Positions 1 to 9,980 of a stretch of 64,000 bases of DNA are shown here, piece after piece. A program made the translations under genes and the position numbers. The notes under the pieces are model-generated. The model had not been told where the DNA came from. It saw only the letters and a program-made list of their open reading frames with translations, and did not search any database. Position 1 is the stretch's first letter; each line of letters starts with the position of its first letter. This DNA comes from Phycisphaerales bacterium (GTDB lineage Bacteria > Planctomycetota > Phycisphaerae > Phycisphaerales > UBA1924), in NCBI GenBank assembly GCA_052168315.1, contig JBQLZO010000097.1, forward strand, positions 65,778 through 129,777. Reading direction: 5' to 3'.

Positions 1-1057
1 GGGTTTCTTGACCCAGAGGTGAATCAGGACGATGCGGGGCCGACCGTGTCTGTGCCGAGATTTGCGTTGCTCGTGCGTCGGATTCGGATGCTCGCGCTCA
101 GCGTTGAAGTTCCCGGAGGCGGTTGACGGTCGGTGCTGGTGGACCGGTTGCGCTCTAGGTGTCGAGGGTTCGCAAATTTCCCGCTCCCAAGTCAGAGGTC
201 GTTTCCTGGCTGTGACGGGCGGCGGTTCGACACCGATCGCTGGCGCGAAACCTGCGGTCGTCGGTCAGCCCTGCACGATCCCGTATCCAGTCTGCCCAAC
301 CGCCCTCGATGCGGCACGGGCGTCGATTGCTCGTATCACTGGCTCAGTTGTTCGAGCCGCCGAGCATCAGTCGGGGGATGACGCGGACATCATGAGTGAG
401 CGTGCCGTTGGTCACTCAGCACTGGGCGTGTCATCGACTCGGCAGGATTGAACCGACCGTGGGCTGATTGGACGGCCGTGATTCGTGCGATTGTCAATTG
501 GAGGGCAGCCGCCGACTCCCGCAACTCCTCGAGCCAGCGACCAGCCGTAGTCCAGGGTGCCCCCATGGCCGCATGCACATCGCGCCAACCCGCCGGATCC
601 GAGCGAACAACGCCACCCCGTGCGCCCCCTCCACGGGCGGATCCCGCGGGATTCGCCTGCGCCCGGACTCGGTCACGGGCGGGATGCGGTGCGCGCCAAC
701 CCACGACCAAACGGTGGGCCACGCTCGGCGGGTCCAATATCCAATACGACGCGTCGGCTCGAAGGGCAGATCCGGTGCAACGGGCGTGAACAATGCTCAT
801 GGCGCGCAACCAATTGCTCTGCCATCACTTGTGGGCTCCGCTCGCCGGCCGGACGGTCCTTAGACATCCGACGGGCTGAGCCTTTTCTCTATGCTCGTTG
901 CCTGACGGGCGGGGTCCCAGCACACTACCCGGTGCACAGGGTGCAGTGCGAAGTCTTGAATTGGGATGACAATCTGTGATTATGGTCCAGATGTGGCGCG
1001 GAACGGGTGCCCGCCGGCAGCGTCGGCCCCGGTGGTTTGAGGCGCTCGAGCTGACGG

Positions 1058-1690
1058 GTGCCGGTCGCGTCGGCCGTGTTCTTGCGAGACGACATGTTCC
1101 TTGAGGAATCCGGATACCACTCGCTCAACCGCCACGCGCTCGCGCCGCACCCGAATTCCTCCGCGCCGCCGCCGCAACGGGTGACACTGGGCTCGATGGA
1201 CATCGAATCGCTGAACGCCGAGGTCCGGCGGATCGTGCGGATCTTTTTTGGCGCGGAGCGTCCAGATCACACGCTCCAGCCCACCGCTCTCGCGAACGAG
1301 GTCTGGCTTTCGCTGATTCGCTCACGCACGCTCGCCTTCGACTCCGAGGGCGCTTTCCTCGCTTGGGCCGCTCAGGCGGTGCGGAGCATCCTCGTCTCCC
1401 ACGCGCGGCGTCGATCCGCTCTCAAGCGGAAGCCGGTATGGAATCCCTCCGGCGTCCGGGAGGGCATGGTCGACCCGCTCACGAGCCTCGATGTCCTTTC
1501 GCTCCACGAAGCGCTCGAACAATTGGAGTCGGAGCATCCGCGTTCGGCCAGGGTGGTTGAATTGCGCTTCTTTGGTGGAATGGGCGAAGCGGAGATCGCC
1601 ATCCGGCTCGGCGTCTCCACCCGTACCGTCCGCGCGGACTGGGCGGCGGCGCGGGCATGGCTCTTCGGCCGGCTTCGAAGCGAGCACTGA
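1058..1690 (+). CDS. ECF-type RNA polymerase sigma factor (sigma-70 family, HTLQxTAL subtype common in Planctomycetes/Acidobacteria)
   Basis: 210-aa ORF with a region-2-like HTLQPTALANEVWLSLI motif and a region-4 helix-turn-helix VVELRFFGGMGEAEIAIRLGVSTRTVRADW. Its stop codon (1688-1690) lies 2 nt before the ATG of the downstream kinase. The true start may be the internal Met near 1196. Confidence 0.7.
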   Translation: MPVASAVFLRDDMFLEESGYHSLNRHALAPHPNSSAPPPQRVTLGSMDIESLNAEVRRIVRIFFGAERPDHTLQPTALANEVWLSLIRSRTLAFDSEGAFLAWAAQAVRSILVSHARRRSALKRKPVWNPSGVREGMVDPLTSLDVLSLHEALEQLESEHPRSARVVELRFFGGMGEAEIAIRLGVSTRTVRADWAAARAWLFGRLRSEH

Positions 1691-1692
1691 CC

Positions 1693-3912
1693 ATGTCTGA
1701 CTACGAGCGCATCAGGTCATATTTCGACGCGATTCTCGGTCTGTCGGGCGAGGCCCGTTCCGTGGCGCTGGCCGATCTTGCCGAAGTTGACCCATCGCTC
1801 CACGAAGCCGTTACCACGCTACTGGCCGACCACCAGGCCGCCGAGACAAACGCGTTCCTGGACTCGCCACTCATCGATCGGCGCGCCGTGTTTGGGGACG
1901 GCACAGTGTTGGTCGGGCGCGAGGCGGACTCGCTGCTCCCGCTCTATGACGAGCACCCCGCGATCTCCGGGTACGAGATGCTGGGCGAACTCGGTCGCGG
2001 CAGCAATGGGATCGTGTACCGCGCCCGATCCCTGGACCCTCTCGAACGCGAGATCGCCGTCAAGGTCCTTCGATCCGACCTTCCGGCCGGGGTTCGCGCG
2101 CGATTCGAGCGTGAGCAGCGCGCGCTGGCCTCGCTCAACCACCCGGGAATCGCCCAGGTCTACGACGCGGGATTCACCGCGGACGGCCGCCCGTTCGTGG
2201 GCGTGGAACTCGTCGAGGGCGGCTGGATCACACGGGCCGCAGATCGACACGGCGTTCCTTGGCGTCGGCGGATCGAAGCGATGATTTCGGTCTGCGAAGC
2301 GGTGCACTACATGCACGGCCAGGGTGTGCTGCATCGCGATCTCAAGCCCGCCAACATCCTCGCGACGTTCGAGAGCGGCAGCCTGCACGCCAAGGTGATC
2401 GACTTCGGCTCCGCGATTCTGGCCGATCACGCCGTGCCATCCGCCACCGTCGGGCAGTGTTTCGTCGGGACCATCGCGTATATGTCGCCCGAACAGCTCG
2501 CCGGACGCGGGCGACTTGATATCCGGATCGATGTCTATGCGCTGGGCATCATCATCCACGAATTGCTCACCGGTGTCCATCCCTACGGCGGCGATGCGGC
2601 GGGATTGGCTTCGCTCGTTGCGCGTGTCGAACGATCGGAGCTCCCGGGGCTTCCATCGTCACTTGGTTCGGACCGGAGGCCGCTCGACGCCGTGCTCGCC
2701 AAGGCATGCGCGGCGGATCGCGATGGTCGCTATCCCTCCGTGCAGCATCTGGCCGACGACCTCCGGCGTGTTCTGGAGGCCCGTCCGGTTGAGGCGTCGG
2801 CCCGCTCGCCGATCGCGTCGACCCGCGCTGCCATGCGCCGGCATCCGTGGGCGTGCGTCGCCGCGCTCTGTTCGATCCTGATGCTGAGCGCCGGGTCCAT
2901 CGCCATCCTGCTCTCGGCCCGCGAGAGCGCCCGAAGCGCTGAGCGGCTGCGGAATACGGTCTCCGTGCTCGTCGACGGCGTGCTCGAAGAACTCCGTGAG
3001 CTCAGCGGAGTCAGCGTTGCGCGACGGGAACTCGGCATGCTCGTGCTCGACCAGATCGACAGCGTGCCCAGGGCGATGGTCACGCAGCGCATGCGCCACC
3101 AGCGGGCTCTCGCCCTTGAGCATGTCGGCGATGCCAGCCAGCGGATGGGCGACTTCACGGATGCCCACACGCGATTCACCGAGGCGAACCGCCTGTACAC
3201 CGAACTTGGAACCAGCTCTCCGGATGATCGTTCGCTGCGCGAAGCGCGCATCCGGACCCTGATCAAGCGGGGGGATGCGCTGCGAGGGCTTGGCGACGAT
3301 GAGGGTGCTGCCACGGTCTACGCCCATGTCCATGACTCGCTCTTGCGGCAACTCGAAGCCGACCCCGATGATCTTGATGTGCTCGAAGAATTGACATGGA
3401 GCTACGAGCGCATCGCAGCAGGCTGGAACCGCCCAGGCCAGGACGCCCCGGCGCAAGATGTCGACGAGCGGATCCGCATCGCCGAGATCGCGCTGGCCGG
3501 CGCGCCAGATGATCCCAGGATGCGATTCGCGGCCGCGTGCGCGTGGCAGCATGCCGCGCAGCGTGCGTGGTCATCTCGGGACGCCGAGGCGACCCGCTCG
3601 TATGCGCTGCTCGCTCGCGATCAGCTCCGCGTTCTCCTGGGGAACGATCCCGACCGATTCGCGTATCGCACCCGCGAGTTGTCCGTGCTATCGCAGCTTG
3701 TGCTTGCCGGCTTGGCAGTCGATGCCGACGACACGATGATCCACGCACTGGAGTACCACGAAGCCTGCCGCAGATTCGTGAGCGCGAATGCCGACTTTGT
3801 TGATTCTGATCGCTATGTCAGTCGCGCGAAGATGGTCCTTGCGGAGGTCGCCGATCGCTTTCCCGATCACCCTTCCAGCCCCGACATGCGGACGCTTTTC
3901 TGCGACCATTGA
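1693..3912 (+). CDS. Hanks-type serine/threonine protein kinase with a C-terminal TPR-like helical repeat region
   Basis: Kinase motifs are present: Gly-rich loop GRGSNGIVYRA, catalytic-lysine motif AVKVL, HRDLKPANIL, DFGSA and YMSPEQ. A predicted transmembrane helix lies near residue 400, and the C-terminal 300 aa are helical and repeat-like. The ATG at 1693 (MSDYER) follows the sigma-factor stop after 2 nt. Confidence 0.9.
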   Translation: MSDYERIRSYFDAILGLSGEARSVALADLAEVDPSLHEAVTTLLADHQAAETNAFLDSPLIDRRAVFGDGTVLVGREADSLLPLYDEHPAISGYEMLGELGRGSNGIVYRARSLDPLEREIAVKVLRSDLPAGVRARFEREQRALASLNHPGIAQVYDAGFTADGRPFVGVELVEGGWITRAADRHGVPWRRRIEAMISVCEAVHYMHGQGVLHRDLKPANILATFESGSLHAKVIDFGSAILADHAVPSATVGQCFVGTIAYMSPEQLAGRGRLDIRIDVYALGIIIHELLTGVHPYGGDAAGLASLVARVERSELPGLPSSLGSDRRPLDAVLAKACAADRDGRYPSVQHLADDLRRVLEARPVEASARSPIASTRAAMRRHPWACVAALCSILMLSAGSIAILLSARESARSAERLRNTVSVLVDGVLEELRELSGVSVARRELGMLVLDQIDSVPRAMVTQRMRHQRALALEHVGDASQRMGDFTDAHTRFTEANRLYTELGTSSPDDRSLREARIRTLIKRGDALRGLGDDEGAATVYAHVHDSLLRQLEADPDDLDVLEELTWSYERIAAGWNRPGQDAPAQDVDERIRIAEIALAGAPDDPRMRFAAACAWQHAAQRAWSSRDAEATRSYALLARDQLRVLLGNDPDRFAYRTRELSVLSQLVLAGLAVDADDTMIHALEYHEACRRFVSANADFVDSDRYVSRAKMVLAEVADRFPDHPSSPDMRTLFCDH

Positions 3913-4480
3913 GGTCCTTTCCGAAGCTTGTCTCGAAGCGCGTCGACATCCTGTCGGCAGCGGCAAGCGCTGGGGATGCTTGAAAGTTGGACACAAGGCT
4001 GACGGACGATCGCGAGGCTGACTCCATCGCGCCCGGCTCTTGTCTCAGCATCAACTCCTGGGCATGTGTAATGAGGCGCGGGCGGTGCGCCCGATCCGCT
4101 CACCCTCGACGACCGGTGGGGGGAGTTGTGCGAAGCAGAGTTTCGCTTCGATTCGATGCAGGCGCCGCGCTGGGCAAGAGCATCCGGGATCGGATGCAAC
4201 TTGCTCATTGGCCTTGCGGGAGGCGTTTCCGCCTTGGACACACGAGGCCAACCACTGGAGGCGCCAATGTGTGGCAACTCCGCGATTCGTTTCCGGACTC
4301 GGATTCACGGGCTCACCGGCCTGTCCGCATCCCCAGCGGGCGCGCTATTGTTGCGGGCGATCGGATTGGCTTTCCAATCGAATCATCCGGCCCTACTGAG
4401 CACGGATCGAGTTTCGGTTCCATGTAGACGGTGCTGGCTCGGCGAAGTGCGTCGTCCAGCCCGGATGTGAGGCGGATGTC

Positions 4481-4789
4481 ATGGGCATGCTTGACTTTGC
4501 CATCGATGAACTCGAATCGGCCGGCTGGTCGACGCTTGACACCGGCGGGATGCGGTTCACTGCCTCGGGGCGGGCGTACCCCGGCGCGGAGCGGGTGAAG
4601 CGCGAGTTCGCGAAGGGCGGCGCAACGCTGATGATCCGTCGGGTCGACCTATTCGATTGTTTCCGCGCCGAGTGGACGGATGCCGCCGGGCATCCGGCTG
4701 GGGGGGTGGTCGGGCAAACCGAAGAAGAGGCCGCCGTGTTCGCGCTCGCCCGGGCGCGCCGGTGCGGCCAACTGGCCGGGAACACCTGA
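4481..4789 (+). CDS. hypothetical small protein (102 aa)
   Basis: The ORF has a balanced amino-acid composition, unlike the surrounding Arg/Pro-rich shadow ORFs, and a GAGG-like motif lies upstream. No family was recognised. Confidence 0.3.
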   Translation: MGMLDFAIDELESAGWSTLDTGGMRFTASGRAYPGAERVKREFAKGGATLMIRRVDLFDCFRAEWTDAAGHPAGGVVGQTEEEAAVFALARARRCGQLAGNT

Positions 4790-4952
4790 CCGGGTTGGAG
4801 GTCACTCGAGGGTGGGTCGCGATCGCGGGCGAATCTCCCTGCTCAGGGCTCGGGGGTCGGGTTGGTCGCGAGTTGGAACACCGATCACCGGACTGGAATC
4901 TCCGGCCAGCCTGAAATACACTCCCGGCTCCCGCCGTGCAAACGGCGAACTT

Positions 4953-5027
4953 GGCCCCATCGTCTAGCCTGGTCCAGGACGCCAGGTTCTCATCCTGGAA
5001 ACCGGGGTTCGAATCCCCGTGGGGTCA
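4953..5027 (+). tRNA. tRNA-Glu (anticodon CTC)
   Basis: 75-nt cloverleaf. The acceptor stem GGCCCCA pairs with TGGGGTC (with one G-U pair) and is followed by discriminator A. The anticodon stem-loop is CCAGG-TTCTCAT-CCTGG with CTC at loop positions 3-5. The T-arm is GGGGTTCGAATCCCC. The sequence resembles bacterial tRNA-Glu. Confidence 0.9.
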
Positions 5028-5057
5028 CTTCGAACCGGCTCATCGCGAGCCGATCGC

Positions 5058-5094
5058 AACGCCGCCTTCGACTTCGAAGGCGGCGTTTGTTTTT
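5058..5094 (+). terminator. rho-independent terminator downstream of tRNA-Glu
   Basis: Perfect 13-bp stem AACGCCGCCTTCG / CGAAGGCGGCGTT with a 4-nt loop ACTT, followed by TGTTTTTCG. Confidence 0.65.
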
Positions 5095-5313
5095 CGTGGT
5101 GGGCGTCCTCGGTGCCACCTTGGACTCGGTGCGATCGATCGCTCGACCGGCCTCGTGCGTGCTCGGCGAGAGCGTCTCATCAACGCCGACTGTTCACCCA
5201 GTTGCTCGCCCACGGTCATCGCTCGTGCGACCGACCGGCCGTTGCCGCACACCCCGACGATCCCTTTGCATCGATCTTGGCGGCCTTCGTCAGCCCCCTG
5301 CGTATCGTCGGGC

Positions 5314-7746
5314 ATGGGACACTCCGAACACGCTTCCGGCACTCCGGCGCACTCTGCCAACCGGCTTGCGGGGTCGGCTTCTCCGTACCTGCTTCAGCAC
5401 GCGCGCAATCCGGTCCAGTGGTGGCCGTGGGGGCGAGAGGCCTTCGACGCCGCCAGCCAGCGAGATGTGCCGATTTTCCTCTCGATCGGATACTCCACCT
5501 GCTACTGGTGCCATGTCATGGAGCGCGAGTCATTCGAGAGCGCCTCGACGGCGGCCCTGCTCAACGAGCGCTTTGTGTGCATCAAGGTCGACCGCGAGGA
5601 ACGCCCGGACATCGATGACATCTACATGAACGCGGTGCAACTCATGTCCGGCTCGGGCGGGTGGCCCATGTCCGTGTGGCTCACGCCACCGGGCGCGCGG
5701 TCCGCCGACGACCCCGGGCTCGAGCCGTTCTACGCGGGCACCTACTTTCCCCCCGCTCCTGCTCACGGGCGCCCATCGTTCAAGCAGGTCATCGAGGGCG
5801 TGGGAGAGGCGTGGTCATCGCAGCGGGAACAGGTACTGGAGCAGGCATCGCGGGTCACGGCCGCCATTCGCGCGTATCTCAGCGCGGAGTTCGACCCTGT
5901 CCGCGTCGATGAGCGTCAGATCGGGCAGGCGATCGGGCAACTGCTCGGCATGCACGACAGCGAGCACGGCGGCTTTGGCGGCGCACCGAAGTTTCCGCAG
6001 CCGGTGTACCTCGAGTTCCTGATCGAGACCTTAGACGGGATCGACGATCCCGCAGCACGCTCCAGCGCACGCCGGGCGATCAGGCGCACTCTCGACCGCA
6101 TGGGAACGGGCGGGCTATTCGACCAGGTCGGCGGTGGGTTCCACCGGTACTGTGTCGATGAACGCTGGGTGGTTCCGCACTTCGAGAAGATGCTGTACGA
6201 CAATGCGCAGCTCGCCAGCGTCTACGCCCGCTCATTCGCCCTGATGGGCGATGAGTTCGACGCGAGGATCTGCCGCAGGACGCTTGACTACGCGCTGCGG
6301 GAGATGCGCGACGCGAACGGCGGGTTCTACTCGGCCCAGGATGCGGAGGTCGACACCCGCGAGGGACTCAATTACCTCTGGATGCCCGATGAGGTCCGCA
6401 GCGCCATCGAGCCAACTCTGGGGATGGACTGCGTGGAACTGGCACTCAGGCTCTACGCCCTCGATGGCGAGCCAAACTTCCGCGACCCGCATCATCCGGA
6501 GGAGCCACGCAGGTTTGTGCTGCGACTCACGGATCGCCCGGATGCGCTGGGCGAAGCGAATGGCATCGCGCGGGATGAATTGGTGGAGCGGATGGACGCC
6601 ATCAATGCCGCCCTCCTCACGGCCCGGGCATCCCGGAAGCAGCCATCGCTCGACGACAAGGTGATCGCGGCGTGGAACGGGATGATGATCGCGGGGCTGG
6701 CCGACGGGGCGATGGCGCTGGGAGACCATGCCTACCTGGAGGCCGCTCGCCAGGCCGCCGATTTCGTGCTCGGATCGATGCGGGACGGGCGGGGTGATCT
6801 CGTACGCGTGTGGCGTTGCGGCGAATCTTCCGCCGCGGGCGTTCTTGAAGACTACGCGTTTGTCGTCCAGGGACTGCTCGCCCTGCATCGAGCCGTCTCG
6901 TCGGCCGGCGACGCGGATTCGGGGTACTTCAAGGCCGCGAAACAACTCGCCGATCGTGCCCGCGTTCACTTCGCCGACGAGCACGGCGTGCTCCACGACA
7001 CTCGGAATGGAGCTAGCGATCTGGTGGTTCGAGCTCGCTCCTCATACGACGGAGCGATCCCATCGGCGGCATCGACGATGCTGCACAACTTCATCGATCT
7101 GTTCCTTGTCTCGCGCGATCGGGGATCGCTGGAAGCGGCGATCGCTCAGCTCGCAGGGCTGTCGCGCGAGATCCGCCGATCGCCCGTCGCCACGATCAAT
7201 GCGACCCGGGCGGTCTACCGGCTCATCGCGTTAGACCCTGAGATCCTGCGGGCGCTGCCAGAGGACCTCGGCGATGCGGATCAAGCGGCGACACTCTCGG
7301 GTGATCCGCGCAATCTCGATGGGAACGACCCGGTGGTCGTGCTCGCGTCTACCGACCGCGTGAGCATCGCGCGCGGCACGCCCGGGTCGATCCGCCTACG
7401 AATCGAGATCGCACCGGGTTACCACATCAACGCCCACGATCCGGGATTGAGCGATCTGGTCGGGCTCAGCGTCCGCATCGTCAATGGGACCGGTGTGTCA
7501 GCGCACGCGTCGTACCCACCGGGCGTGCCCTTGGAAGCGGCTGGTGCCGGCGATGCGGGCGGCGCCGATCGCCCGGGCCCGCTGGTGCACAACGCCCAGG
7601 TGGAGCTCGATGTTGAGTTGCGCAGGACCGATGAGGCATGGAGCGGTCGCCCCCTGCTACTGCTGGAATACCAGGCATGCACGGATCGGGCATGCCTGAT
7701 GCCGCGCCGGGTCGAGTTGGATGTGGCCCTCGATCCGGCGGACTGA
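5314..7746 (+). CDS. thioredoxin-domain protein of the YyaL/DUF255 (SSP411-like) family with a C-terminal DsbD-alpha-like domain
   Basis: The N-terminal motifs NPVQWWPWG...[21 protein letters not shown]...[10 protein letters not shown] are diagnostic of DUF255/YyaL, and a six-hairpin-like middle region follows. The C-terminal ~130 aa contain [13 protein letters not shown] and [13 protein letters not shown], resembling the DsbC/DsbD N-terminal domain. The upstream part of the listed ORF (4936-5313) overlaps the tRNA and was rejected. An ATG lies at 5314. Confidence 0.85.
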   Translation: MGHSEHASGTPAHSANRLAGSASPYLLQHARNPVQWWPWGREAFDAASQRDVPIFLSIGYSTCYWCHVMERESFESASTAALLNERFVCIKVDREERPDIDDIYMNAVQLMSGSGGWPMSVWLTPPGARSADDPGLEPFYAGTYFPPAPAHGRPSFKQVIEGVGEAWSSQREQVLEQASRVTAAIRAYLSAEFDPVRVDERQIGQAIGQLLGMHDSEHGGFGGAPKFPQPVYLEFLIETLDGIDDPAARSSARRAIRRTLDRMGTGGLFDQVGGGFHRYCVDERWVVPHFEKMLYDNAQLASVYARSFALMGDEFDARICRRTLDYALREMRDANGGFYSAQDAEVDTREGLNYLWMPDEVRSAIEPTLGMDCVELALRLYALDGEPNFRDPHHPEEPRRFVLRLTDRPDALGEANGIARDELVERMDAINAALLTARASRKQPSLDDKVIAAWNGMMIAGLADGAMALGDHAYLEAARQAADFVLGSMRDGRGDLVRVWRCGESSAAGVLEDYAFVVQGLLALHRAVSSAGDADSGYFKAAKQLADRARVHFADEHGVLHDTRNGASDLVVRARSSYDGAIPSAASTMLHNFIDLFLVSRDRGSLEAAIAQLAGLSREIRRSPVATINATRAVYRLIALDPEILRALPEDLGDADQAATLSGDPRNLDGNDPVVVLASTDRVSIARGTPGSIRLRIEIAPGYHINAHDPGLSDLVGLSVRIVNGTGVSAHASYPPGVPLEAAGAGDAGGADRPGPLVHNAQVELDVELRRTDEAWSGRPLLLLEYQACTDRACLMPRRVELDVALDPAD

Positions 7747-7779
7747 GGCAACTTGCGGGACCGAAGAGATCGCTCCCGG

Positions 7780-9705
7780 TCAATCGTCGCACACCGAGCC
7801 GAATTCCCCGAGGATGATCGCGAGATCGTTGGAATCGACGATGCCGTCTCCGTTGGCATCCCCGGCCTCGGCTCCGGCCGGGCTGCCGAATCCACCGAGG
7901 ATGATCGCCAGATCGTCCGAGTCCACGACCTGATCGTTGTTGAAGTCGGACAGGCATCCGTGGATCGCCTCCTTGGCACCGATGTCGGCTCCGAGCAAGC
8001 TGGCCGAGGGGGGCTGACCGGGCGGGATGCACGGCACCGCCCGGACCGCGCCGAGCAGGTCGAATGGCACACTCTCTTCGGTGTTGCCGTCGGCGTTGAG
8101 GTCCAGGACATCGGGCGGGATCGAGTCATCCTCGCCCGCATCGAGCAGCGGAGAGCCGTCTCCCGGCGTGAAGTCCTCATCACCGGTGCCGGGCACATTG
8201 TCGGGGCCCAGGGGGTCGGCGAACCCGGGGGCGTTGCCGAAATTCATAGGGCCAAGCGACGGGGCTCCCTGGGCCGCCGATCCCTCGATGCACGAATACC
8301 GAGCGTTTCTCACGCCCTGGGCCGAGGCGGCGAACTGCTTGTCGAGAGTGGTGCCGAGCGCGGCGCTGTTCGCGTACAGCACGGAGTTCGCGATGCTGGC
8401 GGTGCCCCGGAATGCGTAGACACCACCTCCAGTCTGGATGGCCGAGTTGTCCCAGACCGTGCAATGCGCCATGGTCAGATTCGGCTCGCCGACGACATCG
8501 AAGAACACCGCGCCGCCGCGCGCCAACGCATCGTTCCACGCGAGCAGTGAGTTGACGATCGTCGTCCTTCCGGTGGCGTAGACCGCGGCGCCGTCGGTGG
8601 CGATGCCGTTGATCATCGTCGAATTCGTGATGACATGGTCCGCGCCACCATTGACGCGGATGTGTCCGCCCGTTCCCGCGGCATTCGAGTCCAGCGTCGA
8701 CCAGCGGACGCGGAGGGTGCCGGCCTGGGCAGAGATCGCGCCGCCTTCGAGCGCGAAGTTGTCCGAGAATTCGCAGGTGTCGACGAGCGTGGCGCTTGCG
8801 ATGCTGATGGCTCCCCCGAAGGTCGCGTTGTTTGCCATGAACGAGCACTCGCGCATGGTCCCGCCGTTCTTCAGCGCGGCCGCGCCGCCGGTTTCCGCTC
8901 CGTTGCCCGTGAACACCGATCGCTCGACGGTCACGACGCCGACCGAGCCGGTGGTGTACAGCGCTCCACCCTCATCGATCGATTGGTTGGAGAGGAACAG
9001 GCAATTGCGGATGTTGATCGAACCCCACTTGACCCACACCGCCGCGCCGCACCCGTTGTCACCGGTCCCGTCTGCCATGCCGTCGCGGATGATGAAGCCG
9101 TCGATCGCGGCCTCCATGAACGCTCCCTCGAATCGGACGATGCGGTAGTTGTTGTCGGCCGCGACGAGCGGCAGTCCACGGTCTCCGGAGAGCACTGTCG
9201 GGTTGTTGCCCGGATCCCGCTGTGAGGCATCCAACTCGGTGCCGGCGAATCCGCCGAGCAATTCGACCCCATCAGTGAGGACGAAGGAGTTGGTTCTCGA
9301 CCCACCCATTCCTCCGGGGATGTAGGTTCCCGAGGCCACCCAGATCTGCACGGGTGAACCTGCCAGCGGCGCCGCGGCGGCCAATGCGGCCTCCAGCGTT
9401 CCGAAGGCGGATTCCCACGACGATCCGTCTCCATTCCCCGATGGCGCGACATGGAACACCGCGACGGCCTGCGATCTCGCTTCGTCGCTCTCGCCCTCGA
9501 CTGGAACCAACGGGCTTGGGTCGCTTCCGAGCCCGGAAGACGCGATGCGGTCGCGCCACGAGTCCAGGGCCGCCTCGTACAGGCCCGGATCGGTTCGATC
9601 GCGCACCGCACCATGGGCCATCGCCCCGGGCCACCCCGCCGCCGCGAGCCCGACAACAGTGCAGCAGATCATCCTGCTGAAAGGCACCACAATTCTGGCT
9701 GACAT
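7780..9705 (-). CDS. secreted right-handed parallel beta-helix repeat protein with a C-terminal dockerin domain
   Basis: A strong GAAGGAG Shine-Dalgarno sequence lies 7 nt upstream of the ATG at 9705, followed by a signal-peptide-like N-terminus (MSARIVVPFSRMICCTVVGLAAAGWPGAMA). Many beta-helix repeats of the form N/D-x-G-G-A are present. The C-terminus carries two calcium-binding dockerin repeats (DFNNDQVVDSDDLAIILGGFG and DANGDGIVDSNDLAIILGEFG). Confidence 0.8.
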   Translation of the reverse strand: MSARIVVPFSRMICCTVVGLAAAGWPGAMAHGAVRDRTDPGLYEAALDSWRDRIASSGLGSDPSPLVPVEGESDEARSQAVAVFHVAPSGNGDGSSWESAFGTLEAALAAAAPLAGSPVQIWVASGTYIPGGMGGSRTNSFVLTDGVELLGGFAGTELDASQRDPGNNPTVLSGDRGLPLVAADNNYRIVRFEGAFMEAAIDGFIIRDGMADGTGDNGCGAAVWVKWGSINIRNCLFLSNQSIDEGGALYTTGSVGVVTVERSVFTGNGAETGGAAALKNGGTMRECSFMANNATFGGAISIASATLVDTCEFSDNFALEGGAISAQAGTLRVRWSTLDSNAAGTGGHIRVNGGADHVITNSTMINGIATDGAAVYATGRTTIVNSLLAWNDALARGGAVFFDVVGEPNLTMAHCTVWDNSAIQTGGGVYAFRGTASIANSVLYANSAALGTTLDKQFAASAQGVRNARYSCIEGSAAQGAPSLGPMNFGNAPGFADPLGPDNVPGTGDEDFTPGDGSPLLDAGEDDSIPPDVLDLNADGNTEESVPFDLLGAVRAVPCIPPGQPPSASLLGADIGAKEAIHGCLSDFNNDQVVDSDDLAIILGGFGSPAGAEAGDANGDGIVDSNDLAIILGEFGSVCDD

Positions 9706-9880
9706 GCCCCACGCTCCTTCTGGGTGTTCGATCCTGGAACACCACGGGAAGTCCCGGTCCGGCCGGCCACGATTCCAGCGGGATCTGGGCCTTCGACAAT
9801 CTAGTGGGACATGCAATTTGGTCCGATGTTCTCCCACGAAAATTCCTCGTAACCGGTGCAAATGCCCAGCGCAGAACCGC

Positions 9881-9900
9881 AAAATTGTCCAAAATAGTCC
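9881..9900. repeat. tandem direct 10-mer repeat AAAATTGTCC / AAAATAGTCC in a divergent intergenic region
   Basis: Seen directly in the sequence. It lies in the AT-richer stretch between divergently transcribed genes and could be a regulator-binding site. Confidence 0.3.
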
Positions 9901-9980
9901 TATAACCACAGTTCTAGTATGACGGGGTGGGCGGGGAGCTCATATCCCCGGGATGGGCGGGATCTTTGCAGAATTGGTGG

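Noticed and set aside
1819-3552. Minus-strand ORFs (1819-2580 and 2659-3552) antisense to the first kinase gene.
   Set aside because: They are shadow ORFs. Kinase motifs are unambiguous on the plus strand.
4936-5313. N-terminal 126 codons of the listed ORF 4936-7746.
   Set aside because: This segment overlaps tRNA-Glu and its terminator. The YyaL homology only begins after the ATG at 5314.
7790-7990. Nucleotide-level tandem repetition that could be mistaken for a short CRISPR-like or VNTR array.
   Set aside because: It encodes the two dockerin calcium-binding repeats at the C-terminus of the beta-helix protein. There is no spacer-repeat periodicity, and the similar repeat at 47690-47830 is likewise coding.
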